A stretch of DNA of 61,890 nucleotides from Nitrosotalea sp. (GCA_023251295.1 JAHEYZ010000001.1:1-61890); one strand, 5' to 3'. Positions 1 to 8,322 are shown, counted from the stretch's first letter. Numbers and translations: made by a program. The notes: a model not told the origin generated them from the letters alone.

Positions 1-150
1 CTGTCTGAGTCATCACTGTCTGAGTCATCACTGTCTGAGTCATCACTGTCTGACTCTGAATCCTTAGAGTCATCACTGTCTGAGTCATCACTGTCTGAGT
101 CATCACTGTCTGACTCTGAATCCTTAGAGTCATCACTGTCTGAGTCTTTA
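1..150 (-). repeat. In-frame 15-nt tandem repeat (CTGTCTGAGTCATCA, with a 30-nt variant unit) encoding an acidic Ser/Asp tail
   Basis: Direct reading: unit repeated 3x, then a variant, 2x, then a variant. The minus-strand translation gives ...DSKDSESDSDDSDSDDS... The repeat runs into the left window edge. Confidence 0.85.
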
Positions 151-983
151 GAATCTTTATTCTCTGATTGTTTGTTTTCTTTTTTGTCTGTGCTTTTATT
201 TTCGCTCTGTGCTTTCTCTTCGTTTAGCTCTTCGCTTTTACTTGATACAAAAATATTATCTATGTTAGGGATCGTTTTTGGATCTGATTTTAAATTCTTA
301 AGGAATGGTAAGATCTCTTTATTATAAAATTTATATGTTAACCATAACGCACCTTTAGAATCTAACCCCTCGGATCTTTTAATGTACTCAATTACTTTTT
401 TAAATTCTGTCTGGTTAACTATATTATTTCTGTTAAACCTAGAAGCTAAAAGCGCGCTGACTGGATCTTTAATTGTATTGCTAACTGAATAATTCTTTAA
501 ACCAAAATATGATCTTAGTTTTATGAATCTATTCTTTGATCCTTCTTGAAGCTTACCCGTTAATGATTCGATTCTTTGATCCTCGATTATATTGTATGCG
601 CTCTTTAACATTTTTAAAGCTGTGGATCTTTTCTTTGGATCTAACTTTGCTTTATTAATTGAAGCTGTGATCCATTCCTGAGAATACTTTGAGAAAGTTT
701 GCATTAATGTATTAAAAATAATATGGGATAGCTCATGTTCTAAAGCTGTTTTGCGATCGATCTCTTCGTGGTTTTCATCGGTTGTAATTACATATTGTTT
801 AGCGTACTTATCAAAGTAAACATAATGAGCTTTTGATTTAGAATTAAAAACTAACTTAATTGTTTTACCTGTAATCTTTTCGAAGATCTCTTTTATTTCT
901 ATTAAGACTTTTCGATCCTCTTCGTTAGCTTCGCTATATTCAAAATAAGGTTTTAATTCTAATGGCTGTTTTATGTCTGTCAT
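1..983 (-). CDS. HExxH-motif protein (putative Zn-metallopeptidase-like partner of the upstream AAA+ ATPase); 3' end cut by the window edge; acidic SD-repeat tail
   Basis: ATG at 983-981 and no stop down to position 1 in my hand translation; it is absent from the ORF track because no stop lies in the window. Contains ...KTALEHELSHIIFNT... (HELSH at codons 83-87). Lies directly downstream of an AAA_5-type ATPase, as in MoxR/CobS partner pairs. Confidence 0.7.
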   Translation of the reverse strand, partial: MTDIKQPLELKPYFEYSEANEEDRKVLIEIKEIFEKITGKTIKLVFNSKSKAHYVYFDKYAKQYVITTDENHEEIDRKTALEHELSHIIFNTLMQTFSKYSQEWITASINKAKLDPKKRSTALKMLKSAYNIIEDQRIESLTGKLQEGSKNRFIKLRSYFGLKNYSVSNTIKDPVSALLASRFNRNNIVNQTEFKKVIEYIKRSEGLDSKGALWLTYKFYNKEILPFLKNLKSDPKTIPNIDNIFVSSKSEELNEEKAQSENKSTDKKENKQSENKDSKDSDSDDSKDSESDSDDSDSDDSDSDDSKDSESDSDDSDSDDSDSDDSD

Positions 984-1004
984 TTATTAATCACTTCTTT
1001 AATC

Positions 1005-1100
1005 GTGTGTACGTATATTAATATCTGTGTGTTCACAATTACAAACACACCTAACTTATTTATATATAAACTGTGTACGTATATTAATAATAATATCTGA
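1005..1100 (-). promoter_or_regulatory. Two tandem copies of the class-B motif (minus strand TATTAATATACGTACACA)
   Basis: GTGTGTACGTATATTAATATCTG at 1005-1027 and CTGTGTACGTATATTAATAATAATATCTGA at 1071-1100. They lie in the 150-nt gap between the AAA+ stop (1134) and the ATG at 983. Confidence 0.5.
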
Positions 1101-1133
1101 CTGTATGATATAAAATAAAAAGGGGTTATAGGG

Positions 1134-2315
1134 TTAATCATCTTTTAGATTAACGCCTAAATCTGACTCGATTAATTCAGTGATTAATCTAATCTGATCC
1201 TCGTCATCTGTGATCGCGTACTTGCCAAAAAGATCCTCTTTACATGCTGTCTTTAAAGCCTCTTCGTTTGTTGCTTTCTCGTTTGTCTTCATGTCTTCAA
1301 AAGTTTCACAGAATCTTAAGATCTCCCTAGGATCTAAACCCTCGTTAAGCTTGCCTTCTTTCTCTGCGCTTTTGATCTTCGCTCTTAGTTGTAAGATGTT
1401 TTCGATCGTTGTGTCTGCGATTGTTTTGTATTGATCGTTTATGATTTGCTTTAGTTGGCTGTCTGTAAAATCTGGCCACTGGAAGATCTTAAATCTGCTT
1501 TTTAGTTCGCGGTTTAATTCGAACGTACCCGCATAACTTGAAGGGTTAGCGGTTGCATAAACTAAGATCTCACAGTCAGAATCTAATTTAAATTTCATTC
1601 CTAAAGTTTCATTATAAACCCCTTCATGAAAGTTTAGTTTTTCGTTTAGATTCTTTTGTGCTTCTGGTGTTAACGTATTCAATTCATCGAGAATTAAAAA
1701 CGCTCTTTTTGTAGGTGACTGTTTAGATATTTCGATCGCTTGAAATATTGCGCCTAAGATATACACACTAGAATTATTTTCTAACTGCATAGATCCGCAC
1801 AGCTCGTCTTTATCTATTGTCGAATGGCAACTAAAAAAGATACAAGGATCTTTATGTAGTGTCGCGTAATATTTAGCGAAGGCTGTTTTTCCAATACCCG
1901 ATCCGCCCTCAACTAAAACAGCTTTGGATCTTGTTTGTCTGATCCATCTTTTAATTAATTTATCCTCTCCAAATCTTATATTATATTTCTCATTCGATGC
2001 GTTTAAAAATTCTCTATAGTCTGGCATTCGAATCTTTAAACCACTTATAGAAATATTTAATTCGTTTGGCTGTTGGATCTGTGGCTGTGTTGGCTGTGTT
2101 ATATCTGGCTGTGTGACATGATCGATCGTTAGCTCTGGCTGTGTTGGCTGTGACTGTGATGTTATAGCGCTCTGTGTGTTTTGATTAACAGCAATCTTTA
2201 AAGCTTCTAACTCTGCTTTTTTAGCTTCGCGTTTAGCTTTGCGCTTTGCGTTGATGTCTGACTTATTCTTTAAGTAGTGTTCGCGGTTGATTTGTTTTTT
2301 TGATTTCATTAACAT
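1134..2315 (-). CDS. AAA+ ATPase, AAA_5 / MoxR / CobS-like, with Lys-rich and TQP-repeat N-terminal region
   Basis: Walker A is VLVEGGSGIGKTAF and Walker B is FLILDELN. The downstream segment ILVYATANPSSYAGTFELNRELKSRF is typical of the MoxR/CobS/GvpN clade. The ORF-track start at 2363 is a TTG. ATGs at 2315 and 2309 lie 21-27 nt below a TTTATATA box (2331-2338), so I prefer them. Confidence 0.85.
   Translation of the reverse strand: MLMKSKKQINREHYLKNKSDINAKRKAKREAKKAELEALKIAVNQNTQSAITSQSQPTQPELTIDHVTQPDITQPTQPQIQQPNELNISISGLKIRMPDYREFLNASNEKYNIRFGEDKLIKRWIRQTRSKAVLVEGGSGIGKTAFAKYYATLHKDPCIFFSCHSTIDKDELCGSMQLENNSSVYILGAIFQAIEISKQSPTKRAFLILDELNTLTPEAQKNLNEKLNFHEGVYNETLGMKFKLDSDCEILVYATANPSSYAGTFELNRELKSRFKIFQWPDFTDSQLKQIINDQYKTIADTTIENILQLRAKIKSAEKEGKLNEGLDPREILRFCETFEDMKTNEKATNEEALKTACKEDLFGKYAITDDEDQIRLITELIESDLGVNLKDD
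2066..2155 (-). repeat. Degenerate TGGCTGTGT repeats inside the AAA+ gene, encoding (T/S)QP repeats
   Basis: GGCTGTGTTGGCTGTG recurs at about 2082, 2106 and 2136. The protein reads SQSQPTQPELT...VTQPDITQPTQPQIQQP. Confidence 0.6.
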
Positions 2316-2533
2316 TATAAATATCGTGGTCGTATATAAAGATGTGTTTATAATATCTGACAAACATGTTAATCAGATTTTAATAAAGTCTGACCCTGTA
2401 AGAATCTAAATAAATAAAAAGAGAATAAGAATCTTATTGAAAATATCTAAGATTCTTTAGGATAAAATCTAAGGTTAAACTTTGCTCTGATTTGGCATGG
2501 CTTATCTTATCGGTTTTATTCATGCCTTTTATT

Positions 2534-2614
2534 CTGTGTACGTATATTAATAATCGTTGTTTGTTTTTTTGAACACACATGAATCTATTAAGTAAGCGTG
2601 TACTTATATTAATA
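2534..2614 (-). promoter_or_regulatory. Two more tandem class-B motif copies
   Basis: CTGTGTACGTATATTAATAATCG at 2534-2556 and GCGTGTACTTATATTAATA at 2596-2614. Minus-strand ATGs at 2580 and 2523 lie 21-27 nt downstream but open only 48-aa and 29-aa ORFs. Confidence 0.4.
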
Positions 2615-2739
2615 TGAAGCAATCACAAAGCTATAATACAGCATACGAAGAGATCGCGCCTATAGATGATCCCACGTTAAACCGAAGAGCTTTAAGACGT
2701 TATAAGCTCGGATCGTTTGGGAGTACTAAAAGCCATGAC
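2614..2739 (+). CDS. Hypothetical 41-aa protein (plus strand)
   Basis: Hand translation MKQSQSYNTAYEEIAPIDDPTLNRRALRRYKLGSFGSTKSHD. Its stop overlaps the next plus-strand ATG (ATGACTAA). Below the ORF-track size cutoff. Confidence 0.3.
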
Positions 2740-2896
2740 TAAAAGATTAATCCTTAAAGTTAATCCTGAGGCATACAAGATCGGATCTTTTGAAGGCTGT
2801 AAACTTTGCCAGCTCATAAGGCAGACTAACCCAGCAATGGTTTTTTATTCGTGTCGCTGTGGTTATAATCAATCCTATAGTAAGATCCGTAAATAG
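2735..2896 (+). CDS. Hypothetical 53-aa Cys-containing protein (plus strand)
   Basis: MTKRLILKVNPEAYKIGSFEGCKLCQLIRQTNPAMVFYSCRCGYNQSYSKIRK, with a CxxC...CxC pattern. Followed by a T8 run (2903-2911) that could act as an archaeal oligo-T terminator. Confidence 0.35.
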   Translation: MTKRLILKVNPEAYKIGSFEGCKLCQLIRQTNPAMVFYSCRCGYNQSYSKIRK

Positions 2897-2906
2897 GATC
2901 TTATTT

Positions 2907-3052
2907 TTTTTATCTTACTGTTAGATTAGTTTGTCTGATTGTTTTATCTTACTGTTAGATTAGTTTGTCTGATTGTTTTATCTTACTGTTAGATTAGTTT
3001 GTCTGATTGTTTTATCTTACTGTTAGATTAGTTTGTCTGATTGTTTTATCTT
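2907..3052. repeat. Perfect 34-bp tandem repeat x4.3 (GTTTTATCTTACTGTTAGATTAGTTTGTCTGATT), non-coding; iteron-like
   Basis: Units at 2907-2940, 2941-2974, 2975-3008 and 3009-3042, plus a 10-nt partial unit. There are no intervening spacers and no ORF. Confidence 0.9.
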
Positions 3053-3263
3053 TAAAGTATCATTGGATTATTTTTAATCTAGTGTTGTTTTTTCTTTAGG
3101 CATTTTATAAAAGGCTGTGCGCACATGTGAACACATAGCGCTTTATATAACGCTCATGTCTGCGCGTAGATTAAAAGGTAAACTAGGTAAACCTTTTTAA
3201 TAATATTTTATACAGCTCAGGAAGCTATATGATCCTGTCCTCTATAAAGGACAGAAAGCCTAG

Positions 3264-3554
3264 TCAACTTGTACAAGTTGCCAGTGCTGGTATATTGTTT
3301 TTTTCTCTTTGTTGATTCAGAAATCTTTCATTCAAGTAAACATCAAATGATTTATGTTCATGTCTTATTTCGTTGAATGAACTGATGACATTGATCTTGT
3401 TATTACATTTCAAACATGTAAATGATTCAGATGCATACTTGCCATAGTTGTACGTCTTAGATTCTCTGTCCATCTCATAACTACATTTTGGACAATGCCT
3501 ATGTGCTTTGTTCTTTGAACATATAGAACATCCAAAGAAGATCAATTCGTTCAT
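3264..3554 (-). CDS. Zinc-finger protein (multiple CxxC pairs)
   Basis: ORF track. Contains CSICSKNKAHRHCPKC and CLKCNNK. A TATA-like TTTATATAA box lies about 25 nt upstream, and a class-B motif sits at 3588-3610. Confidence 0.7.
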   Translation of the reverse strand: MNELIFFGCSICSKNKAHRHCPKCSYEMDRESKTYNYGKYASESFTCLKCNNKINVISSFNEIRHEHKSFDVYLNERFLNQQREKNNIPALATCTS

Positions 3555-3607
3555 GCTATCTATTACACCATTACATTATATAAAGGTTGTGTACTAATAT
3601 CAATATA

Positions 3608-4975
3608 CTATACCTGTTCCTTCGTGTAATCCTGTACACCTGATTGATCATTCTCTTCATATCCGTATGGCATATCAATAGGGTTTTCTACCTCTTGATA
3701 TGTTGCACCCTCTAATGATTCCTCTGTATTGTCTTCTATCTCTTGGTCAACATTAGATTCCTTTTTGATTCGTTCCTCTGCTTGTAGATCTGCAAACTGC
3801 TCTTCCATTTCTTGCTTGAATAGTTTTTCTTCCCTTGTTAATTCCTCGTCTGATTTTTCTGGTTCAGTTCCTAATTCTCCAAGCGCTACACTCTGAGATT
3901 GTACAGAACCTTTTTTCATATATGTACGTCTTCTCTTTCTTGTTAGATCTTTATCGAGTATCTGATTGACTGTCTTCCAATTGATTTGATTCTGTCTATC
4001 CATCTCACCTAAACTATTCCATATTGAAAGCCTCTTAGTATCAATTACTTTTAGTCCATGCCTTGCAAAGCTATACAATCTAATCATAGACCTTGCTCTG
4101 TCCTTACCATAGGCATCAACGAAATGTTGTACAAGTTCATCACTATTCATGATCCTCTTTGCATTATAATCCTCATCACATATCATACATGAATCTCTTA
4201 GATACACAAAGAAGTGAACTATATTTCCTTCGAGCGCTAGACCCAATCTGAATGGTCGATCAGTATGGTACTTCATCTTCTTTCCTGTCCATCGATCTAC
4301 TTCAAATCTAAATTCATTATTGAACATCATCTGTTGATAGTACCATGCGAAGTCTTTGAACTTCCATCTTGCATGTGGGAAGACATCACTGAATGTATGA
4401 ACCTCTTCCATAGTTATACTGGTCAAGAAAACAAATGGTACATTACGGAAAAATCTTGATAGAGCTTTTGAGTAATGGATGTTCATCATTACTACTACTT
4501 GACCCTTAACATCATGCCTAATGTATGTAAGAGCTTGTGCAATTCTATTAATATCATCCTTGGGCAACTTATCGAGTGCGAACGAAGCATCATCCATAAT
4601 AAGTATGTGCGAAATTCCCTTGGTCAGATTATGTATGATGCGATCAAGCTTCTGAATATCATCCCTGTAAAACCAATGCACTTGGAAGTTTCTCCTTTGA
4701 TGCAACATGTGAACCAGCATTCTTGACCATGTGGATTTTCCTGAACCTGACATTCCAATATTTAATATGCCAAGAAATCCAGTCTTATCAAGATAGTTTA
4801 GCATTCGATCTATCGTTGGTGTTGGACTCATCGATACTGGAATGGGCCATTTCTGCATTGTATTTGGGTCAGTGAAGAGTGTAGTCTTTAATCCCTGATA
4901 CTTTTTAATCAGTAATTGATTCGAAGGTTGTAGTGCAAGATTGCCTTCTACCTTTGGGAACTCTTCGATTGCCAT
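3608..4975 (-). CDS. P-loop NTPase (Walker A/B ATPase) with acidic C-terminal tail; replication or packaging role not resolvable
   Basis: Walker A is NIGMSGSGKSTWS and Walker B is HILIMDDASF. The C-terminus is E/D-rich. Starts 6 nt after the stop of 4981..5298, so it is probably co-transcribed. Confidence 0.8.
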   Translation of the reverse strand: MAIEEFPKVEGNLALQPSNQLLIKKYQGLKTTLFTDPNTMQKWPIPVSMSPTPTIDRMLNYLDKTGFLGILNIGMSGSGKSTWSRMLVHMLHQRRNFQVHWFYRDDIQKLDRIIHNLTKGISHILIMDDASFALDKLPKDDINRIAQALTYIRHDVKGQVVVMMNIHYSKALSRFFRNVPFVFLTSITMEEVHTFSDVFPHARWKFKDFAWYYQQMMFNNEFRFEVDRWTGKKMKYHTDRPFRLGLALEGNIVHFFVYLRDSCMICDEDYNAKRIMNSDELVQHFVDAYGKDRARSMIRLYSFARHGLKVIDTKRLSIWNSLGEMDRQNQINWKTVNQILDKDLTRKRRRTYMKKGSVQSQSVALGELGTEPEKSDEELTREEKLFKQEMEEQFADLQAEERIKKESNVDQEIEDNTEESLEGATYQEVENPIDMPYGYEENDQSGVQDYTKEQV

Positions 4976-4980
4976 AGAGA

Positions 4981-5298
4981 TCAGAACTGCCTTCTGGTTT
5001 GTACATTGGCTACATATTTGGCAACGCTTTCTTCTACCCTAAAAGAAAGCTTACGAAAATAGATCCATGTCTTTTCCAGATTACTAGATTCCTCTGGGTC
5101 ATCCATCCAACTAACTTTATCTTTACTGCCATCATCTAGATCTGATATGTCTGGTCTGGATTCTTCTGGCAACATCGCTAACATATTGTAGATACATGTG
5201 CAAGCGTTATACGGATCGTTCTTGTTAATCATACAAGAGATGTAGGCATTGCGAAGTTGTGACAATGCTGTAGCCACAAGTGCAGATGAACCTGACAT
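4981..5298 (-). CDS. Hypothetical protein
   Basis: ORF track. A TTTATAA box at 5322-5328 and GTACACA at 5307-5313 lie immediately upstream of the ATG at 5298. Confidence 0.65.
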   Translation of the reverse strand: MSGSSALVATALSQLRNAYISCMINKNDPYNACTCIYNMLAMLPEESRPDISDLDDGSKDKVSWMDDPEESSNLEKTWIYFRKLSFRVEESVAKYVANVQTRRQF

Positions 5299-5328
5299 TA
5301 CCTTTTGTGTACTAATACTTTCTTATAA

Positions 5329-5420
5329 ACTCATTTAATTAAAATTTTAAATTTTTTTAAAAAAAATATTTTTTAAATTTTTGAATTTTTCAAATTTTTG
5401 AATTTTTATTTCCAAAATCG
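5329..5420. other. Almost pure A/T tract with a 2x tandem AAATTTTTGAATTTTTC unit; candidate DNA-unwinding element
   Basis: Direct reading shows very few G/C in about 90 nt. The tandem units are at 5375-5391 and 5392-5407. Confidence 0.6.
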
Positions 5421-6008
5421 CTTGCGTTATAAAGAATAAAAATAAAAACATCTCTAGAAGTCTAGTTTTGTGGTTGCAATGGTCTTCGATTCTGGATTCT
5501 ATCATGACTATCTATTATAATATGGAGAAAGTAGAGTAAATTAAGCGAAATTTCGCAAGAAAACAAAGCTTCAAGGCAAAATTAAACAAAGTCCACGTCA
5601 GGCACGATCCTAGAGCTATTTCATGTTGATCAAGATGATTCTATTGTTGTTATTGATATTAGACCTCACTAGCTGGGGGTATAGTACCCTCAGTCATGGA
5701 AAAATGGCATATTTGATAGAAAGTAGTTTATTCACTGCCTAGAATCGTTCTAACCTAGAGTAGCAACTCTTTTCCAGCACTCAGATTAAGTAACCCTTTT
5801 TCCCTACAAAGAAAAAAAGGGGTTTAAGGACACGTCTGACTGGAATAGTCGATTGTCAGATGATTATCTCCTACTTTGTTTTGTATCTAATTAGATACGG
5901 TTCTGTAGTAATCAATTGTTTCGTCTGATAATCATCTTACACTCTGACACACCGTAACATGGTATGAGCTTAAGCTTTTAGCTTATTATGAACTACTTTG
6001 TATCTACT

Positions 6009-6076
6009 GAGCTTGTGTACTAATATCAATTAAGTTTAATCATCATATATTGAGCTTGTGTACTAATATTAATTAA
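6009..6076 (-). repeat. 25-nt direct repeat x2 (GAGCTTGTGTACTAATAT[C/T]AATTAA), each containing the class-B motif; no ORF downstream
   Basis: Copies at 6009-6033 and 6052-6076. The minus-strand region below them (5440-6008) has no ORF longer than about 15 aa. Confidence 0.75.
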
Positions 6077-6106
6077 ATTTACTTTTAATAAGCTTAGCTT
6101 AAATGC

Positions 6107-6307
6107 CTAGCTGAACTGTAACATGTGCTTGATCACCTGAGTGACCTTTAGATAGTCATGTGGATGTATCTGCTTTGTCTGTTCATCCCTCATGAATTTA
6201 AGCTCTTTGTGGAAGCTTGGATCTATCTTTCTGATATTATTCATATAGAAAACTAGCCTTTGAGCTTTCCTTACTGGTTTGATCTCGTTTTGGGTATGGT
6301 CATCCAT
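6107..6307 (-). CDS. Hypothetical protein
   Basis: ORF track; on the same strand as its neighbours. Confidence 0.5.
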   Translation of the reverse strand: MDDHTQNEIKPVRKAQRLVFYMNNIRKIDPSFHKELKFMRDEQTKQIHPHDYLKVTQVIKHMLQFS

Positions 6308-6391
6308 GAGTTTTACTAAGTGGGTTTAGAGCTATCTTGAATTTAAGATGAACTGTCTGCATGGAAAATTTGATTAAAAATTGCTAATTTA

Positions 6392-6676
6392 CTATGAACA
6401 ATGTGGACAGAAGATGTTACCCTTTGGTTCTTTACATGTTGGGCATAGCATTTTTGCACTTGCTCTTGATGTAATTCTGTATGGTTCTTCTGGTCTTTGT
6501 GCAATATGCCTAATATAGTCAGATGATGTTACTGGTGCAAAGTGACCTTTGTAATCTGGATACCGTGCCTTACTTTCTCTTCTTTGTCTTTCTATTGAAG
6601 ACTCGCCTCTGTTTGTACCTAGCTCTTCTGATCTTCTTCTACCAAATGGCGGGGGTGTGGGTTTTGGGAAAGCCAT
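6392..6676 (-). CDS. Basic protein with C-terminal zinc ribbon (paralog of 27783..28070)
   Basis: The Pro-rich N-terminus (MAFPKPTPPPFGRRR) and C-terminal CPTCKEPKGNIFCPHCS match MPPILPKLPPRPK...CPNCGQKGRNVFCPTCS of 27783..28070. Confidence 0.7.
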   Translation of the reverse strand: MAFPKPTPPPFGRRRSEELGTNRGESSIERQRRESKARYPDYKGHFAPVTSSDYIRHIAQRPEEPYRITSRASAKMLCPTCKEPKGNIFCPHCS

Positions 6677-6859
6677 GATAATCTTAGATTCTCATGTTTG
6701 GATCTAGTACGTTATAGTTTCTTGATTTTTTTCCTTTGGATTTTTTACTTCCATATCCACCGTACATGTCATTACACATGCCTGATTATTATCACAGACA
6801 TATTTAAAAGAACACTAAAATTACTTTTTGTCTATTTCTTACAGGAATTAGGTGGGGGT

Positions 6860-7024
6860 TTAGGGTGAAGTTGGCTTTACATTCATGTGTATTCCCACAT
6901 GCTTTCCTAAACAATTTGGACAAAATTTGTCTTCACAGATTGGACATCTTAATTTTTTATCATGTTGACAGCCACTTTGTTTTGTATCAGAAACAGGTTT
7001 TTGGATTGTTGTTGTTTCTGACAT
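6860..7024 (-). CDS. 54-aa zinc-finger protein (below the ORF-track cutoff)
   Basis: Hand translation MSETTTIQKPVSDTKQSGCQHDKKLRCPICEDKFCPNCLGKHVGIHMNVKPTSP. Stop at 6860-6862. Confidence 0.55.
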   Translation of the reverse strand: MSETTTIQKPVSDTKQSGCQHDKKLRCPICEDKFCPNCLGKHVGIHMNVKPTSP

Positions 7025-7153
7025 AAACATCACTTTAATTTCTCAGCAACCTTTTCTGAGATTGTTCTTTGATACAGACATAACAGTCTGTTGTTCGTTC
7101 ATCAAATAAAACATTATGAATCGGACAGTTCAATGCATTGAGTAAAAACTACT

Positions 7154-7169
7154 CTCTTATAAAAGAAAA
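7154..7169 (-). promoter_or_regulatory. Class-A promoter motif (plus strand CTCTTATAAAAGAAAA = minus strand TTTTCTTTTATAAGAG)
   Basis: Exact copy of the motif. The first downstream ATG (7114) opens only a 22-aa ORF, and the next gene is 6860..7024. Confidence 0.6.
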
Positions 7170-7240
7170 CTTTTTTCTCAATTTTTTAAAATAAATTTTT
7201 TGGTTGGCTTCAATGAATAAGATTATAATACTATCTTTGT

Positions 7241-7297
7241 GAGGATTTCATCATCAAGGAATCCCTTGCCCTCAATCTAGCCAACCATTTAGAATTA
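7241..7297. other. Conserved intergenic element, copy 1 (a second copy lies at 23209-23300)
   Basis: GAGGATTTCATC...GGAATCCCTTGCCCTCAATCTAGCCAACCATTTAGAATT compared with GTGGATTTCATC(+38 nt)AGAATCCCTTAACCACAATCTAGCCAACTATCAATGTAGAATT. Confidence 0.6.
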
Positions 7298-7533
7298 TGG
7301 CTGATGGTATTTAATCTTGGTGATCGACTCTTACAATCTGATAATGCTGTCAGACATTATTTTTTTCTGGCTTTTTCAGCTCTAAAAGCTTTTTTTAGAA
7401 TAGGAACGAACTATGCCATTTATGGCGTAATAGGATTTTGAATCACGAATGAAGTTGCCACCAACTGTTGTGGCCATTACATCCTCGTATAATTTAATCA
7501 AAAAATCAATCAAAATCTGATAAATATTACAAA

Positions 7534-7884
7534 TCAGACTGTCAGATTTGAGATCGAATTATCTTCCTTTAGCATGTACTCTTTTAACTTTAATCTATTT
7601 GAGATGTGTTTATTTCTTGGAATTAGATACCAGCGCTTTCCATAGCCACCACCATCTACAAAAACTATATCGAGATTTCTCCGATTTGCTCTAAGTACCA
7701 TTCCTGAATCCTTTGTAATTACTATGTATCCATTATCTTTTGCTAGATTTAATAGATCTACATCTTCAATTCCATATTGTCTTAAACCTTTCTGGTAGTA
7801 TAACTCTCTAACATTGATCACATTTTCAGGGAGAAATTCATCGAGAACAGTAATGTTTTCATCTAAAAGGAACTTAAAATTCAA
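7534..7884 (-). CDS. PIN-like nuclease domain protein (DUF5615 / Mut7-C-like); TTG start
   Basis: (M)NFKFLLDENI...EDVDLLNLAKDNGYIVITKDSG matches the FLxDEN...D..L...A...G..lvTkD signature of DUF5615. A TTTATAA box lies 30 nt upstream of the TTG. No DUF433-like partner ORF was seen. Confidence 0.6.
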   Translation of the reverse strand: MNFKFLLDENITVLDEFLPENVINVRELYYQKGLRQYGIEDVDLLNLAKDNGYIVITKDSGMVLRANRRNLDIVFVDGGGYGKRWYLIPRNKHISNRLKLKEYMLKEDNSISNLTV

Positions 7885-8322
7885 TTATCATGACATGTAA
7901 AATGCAATTTATAAAGATTAATTAGATCGCGCCAAGTCATTGTTCACCTACCAATACAGTCACCGTATATCTGTATGGACAATTCATAACGTGTCGAACT
8001 ATGAACTGGAACTCATTGACGTTGTATTTGAATATTAATTTTAATTAAAAAGTGTTGTGGTTTGTAGTTCCACAACCATTCCTAGACTCCCCGATGTTCA
8101 GTGGTCTAGGTTCAGTTTCAATCCGACTACACTCGGAAATACGTGCCACATGTCACCCTCTCATGACTCATGTACATGCTTGTTTGTTATGTGTAGTTCT
8201 CATATAAAAAAATTCTGTTGCATGTATGGCAAGATCAGCTTGTATAATTTTTTATTGAAAAGCTAGATCTTTTGTCGTGCTTTGTGTATTTTACTCCAAG
8301 TCCGTTTGATATTTTTTTGGGT

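Noticed and set aside
2434-2622. 62-aa minus-strand ORF in the left intergenic region
   Set aside because: It spans two class-B motif copies, and its track start is not positioned relative to either. Only short sub-ORFs (48 or 29 aa, from the ATGs at 2580 and 2523) fit the promoter spacing. Coding status is too uncertain to list.
2907-3052. Possible CRISPR array
   Set aside because: The 34-bp units are directly adjacent with no unique spacers between them, and no cas genes or leader-like context were seen. It is a plain tandem repeat.
3608-4975. Specific assignment as an A32/FtsK-type packaging ATPase or a DnaA/Cdc6-like initiator
   Set aside because: Only Walker A and B motifs are visible by eye. 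No arginine finger, sensor motifs or winged-helix tail can be assigned without profile searches. It is kept as a generic P-loop NTPase.
7241-7297. tRNA fragment / att site, or C/D-box sRNA (ATGATGA C-box on the minus strand)
   Set aside because: No cloverleaf, T-loop (GTTCRAATC) or GC-rich acceptor stem could be drawn. No CUGA D-box lies within 70 nt downstream of the C-box-like sequence. The two copies are too divergent (about 5 mismatches in 30) for typical att direct repeats.
8057-8266. 69-aa plus-strand ORF (GTG start) in the region upstream of the PIN-like gene
   Set aside because: It has a GTG start with no promoter motif and a Cys/Ser-rich composition with no pattern. It coincides with the hairpin-rich segment, which is more plausibly non-coding.
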